Assembly: GCF_000008665.1 (NCBI RefSeq)
Contig: NC_000917.1
Location: 900,001 to 932,000, forward strand
Reading direction: 5' to 3'
DNA from: Archaeoglobus fulgidus DSM 4304
GTDB taxonomy: Archaea; Halobacteriota; Archaeoglobi; Archaeoglobales; Archaeoglobaceae
Length of the DNA stretch: 32,000 bases
Position numbers and translations under genes: made by a program. Of the stretch, positions 23,067 to 32,000 are shown in pieces; the stretch's first letter is position 1, and every line of letters begins with the position of its first letter. The notes below the pieces were generated by a model, which searched no databases, had not been told where the DNA came from, and saw only the letters and a program-made list of their open reading frames with translations.

Positions 23067-26000
23067 ATGATTCCCGTTGTCTACTCAAACCTCTGCCCCG
23101 TGTGCGGGGGCGACCTTGAAAGCAAAGAGATTGAGAAGCACGTATGCTTCAGAAAAAAGAGGTCGCTTTGCCTTTTTCCCGAGGACTTCCTTCTTAAGGA
23201 ATTCGTCGAATTCTTCAGAAAATGCGTGGGTGAGCCGAGAGCGATACAGAAAATGTGGGCGAAGAGGATACTGCGTAAAGAGAGCTTCGCCGCAACAGCT
23301 CCCACAGGAGTTGGCAAAACTTCCTTCGGCCTTGCAATGTCCCTCTTCCTTGCCTTAAAGGGAAAAAGGTGCTACGTAATTTTCCCAACTTCCCTGCTGG
23401 TAATTCAAGCAGCCGAAACCATCAGAAAGTATGCGGAAAAGGCTGGAGTTGGGACTGAGAATCTCATCGGCTACTATCATGGCAGAATCCCTAAGAGGGA
23501 AAAGGAGAACTTCATGCAGAACCTGAGAAACTTCAAAATTGTTATAACAACAACACAGTTCCTGTCCAAACACTACAGGGAGCTTGGACATTTTGACTTC
23601 ATTTTTGTTGACGATGTCGATGCAATCCTGAAAGCCTCGAAGAACGTTGACAAGCTTCTTCATTTGCTCGGCTTCCATTACGACTTGAAGACGAAAAGCT
23701 GGGTGGGCGAGGCGAGAGGCTGTCTGATGGTTTCCACTGCAACGGCGAAGAAGGGTAAGAAGGCCGAGCTTTTCAGGCAGCTTCTGAACTTCGACATAGG
23801 CTCTTCGAGGATTACGGTCAGGAATGTTGAGGATGTTGCGGTGAACGATGAGAGCATCTCAACGCTCTCATCAATACTCGAAAAGCTCGGAACAGGGGGC
23901 ATAATCTACGCCAGAACTGGTGAGGAGGCGGAAGAAATTTACGAATCTCTTAAGAACAAGTTCAGAATCGGAATAGTTACGGCAACCAAAAAGGGAGACT
24001 ACGAAAAATTCGTTGAGGGGGAGATAGACCACCTGATTGGCACAGCGCACTACTACGGGACGCTTGTGAGGGGATTGGACCTGCCAGAAAGGATAAGGTT
24101 TGCCGTTTTCGTCGGATGTCCCTCTTTCAGGGTCACAATTGAGGACATAGACTCGCTAAGTCCTCAGATGGTCAAGCTCCTCGCCTACCTCTACCGCAAC
24201 GTTGACGAGATTGAAAGGCTCCTGCCCGCAGTTGAAAGGCACATTGACGAAGTGAGGGAGATTCTGAAAAAGGTTATGGGCAAGGAGAGGCCTCAGGCTA
24301 AAGACGTTGTTGTGAGAGAGGGAGAGGTTATTTTTCCCGACCTGAGAACCTACATCCAGGGTTCGGGCAGAACTTCGAGGCTCTTTGCCGGAGGATTGAC
24401 GAAGGGAGCAAGCTTCTTGCTGGAAGACGATTCTGAGCTTCTCTCCGCCTTCATCGAGAGGGCAAAGCTTTACGACATCGAATTCAAGAGCATCGATGAA
24501 GTTGATTTTGAAAAGCTCTCCAGAGAGCTTGACGAGAGCAGGGACAGGTACAGAAGAAGGCAGGAGTTCGACCTGATAAAACCGGCGCTTTTCATCGTTG
24601 AGAGCCCCACAAAGGCGAGGCAGATCTCGCGCTTCTTCGGAAAACCGAGCGTGAAGGTTCTCGACGGCGCCGTTGTGTACGAGATTCCGATGCAGAAGTA
24701 CGTTCTGATGGTGACGGCAAGCATAGGACATGTTGTTGACCTTATCACCAACAGAGGATTTCACGGAGTGCTCGTCAACGGAAGGTTCGTCCCCGTCTAT
24801 GCATCCATCAAGAGGTGCAGGGACTGCGGTTACCAGTTCACGGAGGATAGGGAGAGCTGTCCGAAGTGCGGGAGCGAGAACGTGGACAATTCCAGGAGCA
24901 GAATTGAAGCCCTGAGAAAGCTCGCCCACGACGCTGAGTTCGTCATCGTCGGCACAGACCCTGACACCGAGGGGGAGAAGATAGCATGGGACCTCAAAAA
25001 CCTCCTTTCAGGCTGTGGAGCTGTTAAAAGAGCCGAGTTTCACGAGGTGACGAGAAGGGCAATTCTTGAAGCGTTAGAATCTCTGAGGGATGTGGATGAG
25101 AATCTCGTGAAGGCACAGGTTGTCAGGAGGATAGAAGACCGCTGGATTGGATTCGTTTTAAGCCAGAAGCTCTGGGAGAGGTTTAACAACCGCAATCTCT
25201 CCGCCGGAAGGGCTCAAACTCCGGTTCTCGGCTGGATAATAGACAGATTTCAGGAGTCGAGGGAGAGGAGGAAAATCGCCATTGTTCGGGACTTTGATCT
25301 GGTTCTTGAGCACGACGAGGAGGAGTTCGACCTCACCATTAAGCTTGTTGAGGAGAGGGAAGAGCTCAGAACGCCCCTTCCCCCCTACACAACCGAAACC
25401 ATGCTCAGCGATGCAAACAGAATACTGAAGTTTTCGGTCAAGCAAACGATGCAGATTGCCCAGGAGCTGTTCGAGAATGGTCTGATAACCTACCACAGAA
25501 CCGACTCAACGAGAGTGAGCGATGTAGGCCAAAGAATTGCAAAGGAGTATCTCGGAGACGACTTTGTCGGTAGAGAATGGGGAGAGAGTGGGGCGCATGA
25601 GTGCATAAGGCCAACAAGGCCGCTCACGAGGGATGACGTTCAGAGGCTGATTCAGGAAGGAGTGTTGGTGGTTGAAGGCCTGAGATGGGAGCACTTCGCC
25701 CTCTACGACCTAATTTTCAGGCGCTTTATGGCCTCACAATGCAGGCCGTTCAAGGTGGTGGTGAAGAAGTACTCGATAGAGTTCGACGGCAAAACGGCGG
25801 AGGAGGAAAGAATTGTAAGGGCTGAGGGACGGGCTTACGAGCTTTATAGAGCTGTGTGGGTTAAAAACGAGCTTCCAACGGGAACTTTCAGGGTTAAGGC
25901 TGAGGTTAAGAGTGTTCCGAAAGTTCTGCCGTTCACGCAGTCGGAGATAATCCAGATGATGAAGGAAAGGGGGATAGGCAGACCCTCGACCTACGCAACC

Positions 26001-26231
26001 ATAGTTGACAGGCTCTTCATGAGAAACTACGTCGTAGAAAAGTACGGAAGGATGATTCCGACAAAGCTGGGCATTGACGTTTTCAGGTTTTTGGTAAGAA
26101 GATACGCAAAATTCGTCTCAGAGGACAGAACAAGAGACTTGGAAAGCAGAATGGATGCAATCGAGCGCGGAGAGCTTGACTACCTCAAAGCTCTGGAAGA
26201 CCTGTATGCGGAGATAAAAAGTATAGATTAG
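23067..26231 (+). CDS. rgy: Reverse gyrase (SF2 helicase-like domain fused to a type IA topoisomerase)
   Basis: 1054 aa. N-terminal zinc finger CPVCGG...HVC. Helicase motif I APTGVGKT and motif II FVDDVDA. Toprim LFIVESPTKARQI. Internal zinc ribbon CRDCGY...CPKCGS. Topo IA active-site segment GLITYHRTDS. Confidence 0.97.
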   Translation: MIPVVYSNLCPVCGGDLESKEIEKHVCFRKKRSLCLFPEDFLLKEFVEFFRKCVGEPRAIQKMWAKRILRKESFAATAPTGVGKTSFGLAMSLFLALKGKRCYVIFPTSLLVIQAAETIRKYAEKAGVGTENLIGYYHGRIPKREKENFMQNLRNFKIVITTTQFLSKHYRELGHFDFIFVDDVDAILKASKNVDKLLHLLGFHYDLKTKSWVGEARGCLMVSTATAKKGKKAELFRQLLNFDIGSSRITVRNVEDVAVNDESISTLSSILEKLGTGGIIYARTGEEAEEIYESLKNKFRIGIVTATKKGDYEKFVEGEIDHLIGTAHYYGTLVRGLDLPERIRFAVFVGCPSFRVTIEDIDSLSPQMVKLLAYLYRNVDEIERLLPAVERHIDEVREILKKVMGKERPQAKDVVVREGEVIFPDLRTYIQGSGRTSRLFAGGLTKGASFLLEDDSELLSAFIERAKLYDIEFKSIDEVDFEKLSRELDESRDRYRRRQEFDLIKPALFIVESPTKARQISRFFGKPSVKVLDGAVVYEIPMQKYVLMVTASIGHVVDLITNRGFHGVLVNGRFVPVYASIKRCRDCGYQFTEDRESCPKCGSENVDNSRSRIEALRKLAHDAEFVIVGTDPDTEGEKIAWDLKNLLSGCGAVKRAEFHEVTRRAILEALESLRDVDENLVKAQVVRRIEDRWIGFVLSQKLWERFNNRNLSAGRAQTPVLGWIIDRFQESRERRKIAIVRDFDLVLEHDEEEFDLTIKLVEEREELRTPLPPYTTETMLSDANRILKFSVKQTMQIAQELFENGLITYHRTDSTRVSDVGQRIAKEYLGDDFVGREWGESGAHECIRPTRPLTRDDVQRLIQEGVLVVEGLRWEHFALYDLIFRRFMASQCRPFKVVVKKYSIEFDGKTAEEERIVRAEGRAYELYRAVWVKNELPTGTFRVKAEVKSVPKVLPFTQSEIIQMMKERGIGRPSTYATIVDRLFMRNYVVEKYGRMIPTKLGIDVFRFLVRRYAKFVSEDRTRDLESRMDAIERGELDYLKALEDLYAEIKSID

Positions 26232-27349
26232 GTTCTGAGAGATTCCGCTGGCTCAAAAATCTTCTTTCCATATTTTTTCGCCAGCTCCTCGAGCCTCCTT
26301 GCAACCCTCTCCTTTCCAAACTCTTCAAGGAGCTCAAACGGTCCTTTCTGCCTGCCGTATCCAAGCTTCAGAGCGATGTCGATGTCTTCAGGCTTCGCCA
26401 CTCCCATTTCAACGAGCTTAACCGCTTCGTTTATTTCGACCATCAGAAAATCCTCGACGTTGATTTTGCCTGTTGCCTTGCTCAGGTCAATTTTTGGCTT
26501 ACCACCACTCCAGTCGTACCACCCCCTGCCCGTTTTTCTTCCAAGCCTGCCTTCCTCAACCATTTTCCTAACCCTTTCGGGCGGTTCGTATTCGGGGCTA
26601 ACTGCTCTGGCAAAGTATCTGGCAGCATTGTAATTGACATCTATCCCAACGTAATCTGCAAGCTCAAAGGGACCCATAGGATAACCCGCTTTTCTGAAAG
26701 CTGCATCAACTTCCTCAGGCGTTAAATTCTCGGCCTCAACCACTGCATGAAGCAAAACGCCTCTTGGTGCAACAACTCTATTGGCAATGAACCCCGGCAC
26801 GTCCTTCTCCACTCTCACCGGCGTTTTGCCGATGCTCTTCACGAACTCAACAAGCAAGTCCATTACCTCGTCGCTGGTCTTCTCTCCCCTTATAACCTCA
26901 ACCAGCCTCATCAAGACTGGCGGGTTGAAGAAGTGCAGGCCTGCAAACTTCTCAGGCCTTGAGGTGAAGTCTGCGAGCATGGTTATTCTCATTGTTGAGG
27001 TGTTGGAGGTGAAGATGCAGTCCGGCTTTGCCAGCTTGTCAACCTCCTCCCAGACCTGCTTCTTGATTTCAACCACTTCTGGAACTGCCTCTATAACCAA
27101 GTCGGCATCCTTAACAGCCTCCTCCAGATCTACTGTTGGCTTTATTCTGGAAAGGACTTCTTCGGCGCTCTTTATTTTGCCCTTCTGCTCGAGCTTCGCA
27201 AGGCTCTCCTTTATCATGTTCATTCCTCTGTCAACAAACTCCTGCTTGATGTCCCTCATTGTCACGTTGTAGCCCGCCATCGCGCAGACTTCAGCAATTC
27301 CGTGTCCCATCAGCCCGGCACCGAGAACTGCAACGGTTTTTATCTCCAT
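26228..27349 (-). CDS. hbd: 3-hydroxyacyl-CoA dehydrogenase (long form with an extended C-terminal domain)
   Basis: MEIKTVAVLGAGLMGHGIAEV is the Rossmann GxGxxG. A 3HCDH C-terminal domain follows, then an additional related segment of about 90 aa. I prefer ATG 27349. The ORF track starts at GTG 27361 (MVVKMEIK...). The stop overlaps the rgy stop convergently. Confidence 0.88.
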   Translation of the reverse strand: MEIKTVAVLGAGLMGHGIAEVCAMAGYNVTMRDIKQEFVDRGMNMIKESLAKLEQKGKIKSAEEVLSRIKPTVDLEEAVKDADLVIEAVPEVVEIKKQVWEEVDKLAKPDCIFTSNTSTMRITMLADFTSRPEKFAGLHFFNPPVLMRLVEVIRGEKTSDEVMDLLVEFVKSIGKTPVRVEKDVPGFIANRVVAPRGVLLHAVVEAENLTPEEVDAAFRKAGYPMGPFELADYVGIDVNYNAARYFARAVSPEYEPPERVRKMVEEGRLGRKTGRGWYDWSGGKPKIDLSKATGKINVEDFLMVEINEAVKLVEMGVAKPEDIDIALKLGYGRQKGPFELLEEFGKERVARRLEELAKKYGKKIFEPAESLRT

Positions 27350-27499
27350 TTTTACCACCACTCATATTTGGAATCCTCCTTTATAATTCTTACTATTTTT
27401 ACGAAATTTTTTCAAATAAATTTCAAAGTATGTCAAATCAAAATCTTAAATTGAGATAAAATTGCGAAAGATTTAAAACTTTTCGGTAGGAGTTCATGC

Positions 27500-28693
27500 A
27501 TGCTGGCTGAATACATCCTCACGGAAGAGCAAAAGGCCATAAAGGAGGCTGCAAGGGAGTTCGCGGAGAAGGAGTTTCCTAACTACGTTGAGGAGTGCGA
27601 CAGGGAGGAGAAGTTCCCCTTTGAGCTTTGGAAGAAGGCTGCCCAGCTCGGATTCATCGGGATGTCCATTCCCGAGGAGTACGGAGGGCAGGGGCTTGGA
27701 ATTCTTGATTCCTGCCTCGTTGTCGAGGAGTTCTGGAGGGTCGATGCTGGTGTTGGGCAGATTGTCGGAACGGTGTTCGGCTCAGAGCAGATAACGCTAT
27801 TCGGCAACGAGGAGCAGAAGAAGAAGTACCTGCCACCGCTCGCAAAGGGAGAGAAAATCTGCGCCGCCTGCTACACAGAACCTCAGGCGGGGAGCGATGT
27901 TGCGGGAATTAAAACAAGAGCGGACAAGGATGGAGATGAGTACGTAATCAACGGAACGAAGATGTTCATCACCAACGGCAGCATTGCAGACTACTACATA
28001 GTTCTGGCGAGAACTGATCCAAATCCGCCGAAGAGACATCATGGCATGTCAGTATTTCTGGTTGAAAGAGAAAGAGAGGGTGTGCAGGCGAACAAGCTGA
28101 AGAACAAGCTTGGTATTAGGGCAAATGACACTGCGGAAGTTGTGTTCAAAAATGTAAGAGTGCCGAAGGAGAACCTCATCGGCGAGGAAGGGAAAGGTTT
28201 CTACCAGACGATGATTTTCTTCAACGTCACAAGGATTCCTGTCGCATTTCAGGCTGTGGGCCTTGCACAGGGGGCATTTGAGCTTGCGTACCACTACGCC
28301 AGAAACAGGGAGGTTTTCGAGAGGAAGCTTGCAGACTTCCAGGTTACGCAGGAGAAGCTTGCGAAGATGAGGACGGAGCTTGAGGCTGCCCGCTTACTGG
28401 CATATCAGGCTGCCTACTTCCAGGACAAGATGGGGATGCCAGATCCGGGATTGACGGCGATGGCGAAGTACTACACGGCCAAGGCCGCGCAGTTCATTGT
28501 TAATGAGGCTTTGCAGATACACGGAGGTTACGGATTTATGGGAGAGCAGCACATAAGCAGGATGTACAGGGACGTTAGAATTCTGGAGATCTACGAGGGT
28601 ACAAGGGAAATAGAGATGGAGATAATAGGGAGGTCTTTGCTGGGCAAAGTGCCCTCGAGGCTTGGAGCGGTGAGGAAGCATCCCCTCCAGTAA
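27500..28693 (+). CDS. Acyl-CoA dehydrogenase
   Basis: 397 aa. Motifs CYTEPQAGSD, QIHGGYGF and the catalytic-base region EIYEGTREIEMEII. Confidence 0.9.
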   Translation: MLAEYILTEEQKAIKEAAREFAEKEFPNYVEECDREEKFPFELWKKAAQLGFIGMSIPEEYGGQGLGILDSCLVVEEFWRVDAGVGQIVGTVFGSEQITLFGNEEQKKKYLPPLAKGEKICAACYTEPQAGSDVAGIKTRADKDGDEYVINGTKMFITNGSIADYYIVLARTDPNPPKRHHGMSVFLVEREREGVQANKLKNKLGIRANDTAEVVFKNVRVPKENLIGEEGKGFYQTMIFFNVTRIPVAFQAVGLAQGAFELAYHYARNREVFERKLADFQVTQEKLAKMRTELEAARLLAYQAAYFQDKMGMPDPGLTAMAKYYTAKAAQFIVNEALQIHGGYGFMGEQHISRMYRDVRILEIYEGTREIEMEIIGRSLLGKVPSRLGAVRKHPLQ

Positions 28694-28706
28694 ATTTTCC
28701 CTTTTG

Positions 28707-28736
28707 TTTTTTGAATGATGTAAAAAATTCAAAAAA
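28707..28736. terminator. A/T-rich hairpin with flanking oligo-T runs between convergent genes (candidate bidirectional terminator)
   Basis: Arm ttttttgaat (28707-28716) is the perfect reverse complement of attcaaaaaa (28727-28736), with a 10-nt loop. On both strands, oligo-T tracts immediately follow the respective stop codons (acd stop 28691-28693; dehydratase stop 28737-28739). Confidence 0.45.
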
Positions 28737-30179
28737 TCAATCTCTCGGAAGCTCCTCGCTTATGCCAGAAAGGTACTTTGCGATGTCCTTTTTCTTCTCG
28801 AAGTCGTAGCTCCTCCATATTGCAATTTCTTCCATCACCGGCGAGCCTCCACCGTGAACTCCTGCAACCGCCTGAACACCTCCGAGGGAGGAGCAGAGGA
28901 TGTTGGATATTCCGAACAGGCAGCGGTACACATGCTCCGCCGGAACGTCAGCCCTTCTCTTGATGTACTTTCTGATGTACGGGCCCACCTCCTCGCTCAG
29001 GAAGTCTTCGGCAAAGGGCAGTGCAGCAGGCAACCCACCAGAAAGCTCTGCAAGAATTTCAAGCTCCTTGTAGTAGTTCAGGCCCGCATGCCTCCTTCCA
29101 ACGTTGGCGTAAACTTCATTGGGAATAAAGGTTCCTGCAGGGGATTTCTGACCGTAGTGTGCTGCTGCTACTCCAGCAGCAAACACAAGTTCTGCAGTTG
29201 CAGCAAGCTCAACCAGCTTTTCTCTAATGTTGTGCTTCTCGTAAACCCCATTGTACTCTGCAATTAAAGCGCCAAAGCCCATTATCATGTCCGTGGTGGC
29301 GGGCTTGCAGCCCGTGTAGCTGTGTCTGTGGAAGAGGGCAAAGAGGTGTGCTGCAAGCGTAGCGTACTTGTTTTCTCCGCATAAAAACACTCTATCCCAC
29401 GGCACAAACACATCGTCGAAGATTATCATGTTCTCGTCGTCCCCTATCTCCCCCTGCGGCATCTTCAGACCTTCAGGTGCTCTCAGTTTGCTCGTCCTTG
29501 CGACAATCTTCACGCCTTCAGTATCTGCTGGAACTGCGAAGGCCACGCTGTAGTCCTTATCCTCAGGGGTCATCGCTCTCGTTGGTACAACAATTATCTC
29601 ATCCGCCACAGCAGCCATGGTTATGCAGTTCTTCGCTCCCCTCACAACAATTCCATCGCTCCTCCTCTCCACAACTCTCACGTACATGTCCGGGTCGTCC
29701 TGCTGGTGGGGTCTCTTGCTTCTGTCCCCCTTCACGTCCGTCTGGGCGCAGGCAGCAACAAGATCCCTCTCCTGAAACTCCTTTACGTACTCAAGAAACC
29801 TTTTGTGATAGTCGGTTCCGTGCTCCGTGTCTGCTGCAAAGGTTGCGACGGAGAGGCCGTTTATAGCATCACAACCCATACAGCGCTGGATGCAACCCCC
29901 AACGAGCCTGCAGAGCTTTCTGGTCATTAGCTGCTTTTTTAGCAAATCCTCCGCAGATTGATTTATGTGGGTGAAGCGGTTGATTCTCTTTCCGGAAATG
30001 TGGGACTTTGTGGTCAGCAAATCCTTGTAGTCTGGATGCTCTACGAGGTCGAATGTTTTGGAAATGACATTGATTCCTCCACTCACTTCGGGTGAATCCC
30101 TTCTCACTTTCTTTCCTCTAACATAAACATTCGGCTTCAGCTTATACAAATCCTGCCTGTATTCCTCCGATGTTCTCAT
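28737..30179 (-). CDS. abfD: 4-hydroxybutyryl-CoA dehydratase / vinylacetyl-CoA delta-isomerase family protein (AbfD-like; same superfamily as HpaB)
   Basis: 480 aa. By eye it aligns along its length with my memory of Clostridium aminobutyricum AbfD. This includes the [4Fe-4S] ligand positions: C-x3-C in GGCIQRCMGCDA and H-x6-C in LFHRHSYTGCKP. Confidence 0.75.
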   Translation of the reverse strand: MRTSEEYRQDLYKLKPNVYVRGKKVRRDSPEVSGGINVISKTFDLVEHPDYKDLLTTKSHISGKRINRFTHINQSAEDLLKKQLMTRKLCRLVGGCIQRCMGCDAINGLSVATFAADTEHGTDYHKRFLEYVKEFQERDLVAACAQTDVKGDRSKRPHQQDDPDMYVRVVERRSDGIVVRGAKNCITMAAVADEIIVVPTRAMTPEDKDYSVAFAVPADTEGVKIVARTSKLRAPEGLKMPQGEIGDDENMIIFDDVFVPWDRVFLCGENKYATLAAHLFALFHRHSYTGCKPATTDMIMGFGALIAEYNGVYEKHNIREKLVELAATAELVFAAGVAAAHYGQKSPAGTFIPNEVYANVGRRHAGLNYYKELEILAELSGGLPAALPFAEDFLSEEVGPYIRKYIKRRADVPAEHVYRCLFGISNILCSSLGGVQAVAGVHGGGSPVMEEIAIWRSYDFEKKKDIAKYLSGISEELPRD

Positions 30180-30224
30180 AACATCACCAACACAATTAAT
30201 TTTTAAAAATATTTTTTAAAAAAA

Positions 30225-31415
30225 TTAAACTCTCTCAATTACAACCGCCGCGCCCTGTCCGCCGCCGACGCAGGCGGTTGCCACGCCGTAATCGCCATTG
30301 TTCTCCTGAAGGATTCTTGCCAGCGTGCCAATCAGCCTCGCACCGCTCGCTGCCAGAGGATGACCGATGGCAACTGCACCACCATGTATATTCACCCTCT
30401 CCGGCTCAATTCCGAGCTCGTGGATGGCGTAAAGCGGGACTATCGCAAAGGCCTCGTTAATCTCCCAGTAGTCTATGTCGCTCACCTTCAAGCCAGTTTT
30501 TTCCAGAGCCTTTCTGCTTGCAGGAACCGGCCCTGCTCCCATTATGTAAGGAGGCACTCCCGCTGTGCCGTATCCGATGATTTTGGCGATTGGCTCAAGT
30601 CCAAGCTCCTGAACCTTCTTTTTAGAGGCAAGCAGCAGGCCTGAAGCTCCAGCGTTGAGAGGAGAGGAGTTTCCGGCTGTAATCACCCCTCCAGGCTTAA
30701 AGGCTGGTGGCAGAGAGGCTATCTGCTCAAGGGATGTGTCTGGCCTTATTGACTGATCCGAATCCACGGTTATCACACTACCATCAGCCTGCGGGGCTTC
30801 AACGGGGATTATCTCCCCCTTGAAGTAACCATCTTTGAGGGCCTTGGCAGCAAGCTGGTGGCTCCTCAGAGACCACCTGTCGAGGTCCTCTTTGGTCAGG
30901 TAGCCCGCCATCTCAAAGAGCGTTTCCGCAGTCAAGCCCATGACAAACCCGATGTCCATTCTGTAGTCCTTGTACTCCTCCGTGAGCAACTTCGGATGGC
31001 GGTCAACGTGCGGATTGTCGGCACCCATCGGCACCCTCGTCATGTGCTCGTAACCGCCGGAAATCATCATGTCCTCGTTTCCGCTTGCAATTTCCAGATA
31101 CGCGTAGGCGGTTGTTGCAAGGGACGACCCGCACTGCATGTCCACGTGGCTTGCTGAGGTTTCGGGAGGGTACTTTGCCAGCAGCGACGCCATCTTCCCT
31201 CCGTAAGGCCAGTTCTCCGACACCGGAAAGGCGCATCCGAGTAAAATCCTCCCAACTTCCTTCTTCTCAATCCCCGCCCTCTCAGGCAGCTTTTCCAGAA
31301 CCAACGCCATTAGCTCGTCTCCTCTAATCTTGTGGAACACGTCCCTTTCGGGCTTCTTCGGCCTGCTTCTCGAAAAGGGCGTTCTTGCATACTCTACAAT
31401 ATACACTTCTTCCAC
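30225..31415 (-). CDS. Acetyl-CoA C-acyltransferase (thiolase)
   Basis: 396 aa. The acyl-enzyme Cys region is VDMQCGSSL. C-terminal motifs are NIHGGAVAIGHPLAASGAR and ATACVGGGQGAA. Confidence 0.9.
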   Translation of the reverse strand: MEEVYIVEYARTPFSRSRPKKPERDVFHKIRGDELMALVLEKLPERAGIEKKEVGRILLGCAFPVSENWPYGGKMASLLAKYPPETSASHVDMQCGSSLATTAYAYLEIASGNEDMMISGGYEHMTRVPMGADNPHVDRHPKLLTEEYKDYRMDIGFVMGLTAETLFEMAGYLTKEDLDRWSLRSHQLAAKALKDGYFKGEIIPVEAPQADGSVITVDSDQSIRPDTSLEQIASLPPAFKPGGVITAGNSSPLNAGASGLLLASKKKVQELGLEPIAKIIGYGTAGVPPYIMGAGPVPASRKALEKTGLKVSDIDYWEINEAFAIVPLYAIHELGIEPERVNIHGGAVAIGHPLAASGARLIGTLARILQENNGDYGVATACVGGGQGAAVVIERV

Positions 31416-31419
31416 GAAA

Positions 31420-32000
31420 TCACCTCTTCATCTTCTTCAATTCCTCCTCTCTCAAAATTCTCCTCAAATACTTCCCAGCAGCGGACTTGGGGAGCTCATC
31501 CCTGAATTCAACAATTCTCGGATACTTGTAGGCCGCCATTCTCTCCTTGCACCAGTTGATGATGTCCTGCTCCGTAATCTTCCCCCTGTAATCTTCATGA
31601 AGGACGACGAAGGCCTTGATCGTCTCTCCGGCAACCTCATCTGGCAGACCGATGACGCAGACCTCCTTGATTGCTGGATGCTCGTACATTATGTCCTCTA
31701 TCTCTCTCGGATAGACGCTGTGCCCCTTGTACTTGATGATGTCCTTCAGCCTGTCAACGATGTAGAAGTATCCATCTTCATCCATCTTCGCTATATCTCC
31801 AGTCCTGAGCCACTTCATTCCGCCGGCCTCAAAGAAGACGTCCTCTGTCTCTCTCGGCCTGTTCCAGTATCCCTTCATGACCTGAGGGCCGGCTATCACA
31901 AGCTCCCCTTCCTCACCAATCGGCAGAAACTCCATGGTTTCCGGATTGATGATAGCAGCGTAGGTGTTGGGAATGGGCGGGCCAACAGAGCCAATCTTTC
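31420..32000 (-). CDS. AMP-forming acyl-CoA synthetase (long/medium-chain fatty-acid-CoA ligase-like), C-terminal part; the 5' end lies beyond the window
   Basis: The ORF track starts at an internal Met (31935). Hand translation stays open to 32000 (...KIGSVGPPIPNTYAAIINPETMEFLPIGEEGELVIAGPQVMKGYW...). Motifs are LRTGDIAKMDEDGYFYIVDRLKDIIKYKGHSVYPREIE and the terminal ...PKSAAGKYLRR. The stop lies 4 nt from the thiolase start. Confidence 0.88.
   Translation of the reverse strand, partial: KIGSVGPPIPNTYAAIINPETMEFLPIGEEGELVIAGPQVMKGYWNRPRETEDVFFEAGGMKWLRTGDIAKMDEDGYFYIVDRLKDIIKYKGHSVYPREIEDIMYEHPAIKEVCVIGLPDEVAGETIKAFVVLHEDYRGKITEQDIINWCKERMAAYKYPRIVEFRDELPKSAAGKYLRRILREEELKKMKR

Noticed and set aside
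24156-24929. A 257-aa minus-strand ORF inside reverse gyrase, and similar long antisense ORFs at 1433..1951, 12595..12999, 14066..14551, 17963..18601, 21067..21657 and 26781..27272
   Set aside because: Each is fully contained within, and antisense to, a gene with strong motif support. Their compositions are Arg/Ser/Leu/Pro-biased nonsense. They are artefacts of stop-poor antisense frames.
26228-26231. A convergent stop-codon overlap TTAG (TAG on +, TAA on -) at rgy/hbd, and an identical one at 21922-21925 (ModE-like/reductase)
   Set aside because: This is a trivial consequence of tight gene packing. No functional implication can be supported.
27411-27443. TCAAA pentamers spaced 10-11 nt apart (27412, 27423, 27433) in the hbd/acd divergent promoter, as a possible operator array
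   Set aside because: The region is almost pure A/T, and a fourth TCAAA at 27438 breaks the phasing. I cannot distinguish this from low-complexity promoter DNA without comparative data.

Overview
This gene-dense window looks like chromosomal DNA from a hyperthermophilic euryarchaeon, probably Archaeoglobus (fulgidus-like). That guess rests on the 1054-aa reverse gyrase, which matches my memory of the A. fulgidus enzyme, on the many beta-oxidation paralogues, and on A/T-rich TATA-like boxes 25-30 nt upstream of most starts. I support about 33 protein-coding genes. From left to right they are: an edge-truncated MtaD-like deaminase, wHTH regulators, nadE, a lipoprotein and a SixA-like phosphatase. 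Next comes an ABC-2 exporter operon ending in a 4x CARDB-like surface protein. It is followed by a TrmB-like regulator, a 2x[4Fe-4S] ferredoxin, an AN1-zinc-finger rhomboid protease, a RaSEA-like radical SAM protein and ilvD. A MacB/FtsX-type ABC operon then begins with a second 4x CARDB-like surface protein. After it come an ACT-domain regulator, an orphan ABC ATPase with a ModE-N-like regulator, a geranylgeranyl-reductase paralogue and reverse gyrase. The window ends with an acyl-CoA cluster: hbd, acd, an AbfD-type 4-hydroxybutyryl-CoA dehydratase, a thiolase and an edge-truncated acyl-CoA synthetase. The two edge genes are missing from the supplied ORF track and were translated by hand. The clearest anomaly is an AT-rich islet of about 2.1 kb (8834-10971) sitting in a divergent promoter region. 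It is bracketed by an imperfect direct repeat, and its only recognisable cargo is an OLD-family ATPase/Toprim nuclease. That gene is split into three frames by a 1-nt G-run indel and a 10-bp tandem duplication, and removing those 11 nt restores one 503-codon ORF. The second notable theme is that two unrelated ABC exporter types are each translationally coupled to a similarly built secreted, C-terminally anchored protein. I found no rRNA, tRNA or CRISPR array. All family assignments come from motif recognition by eye, not from database searches.
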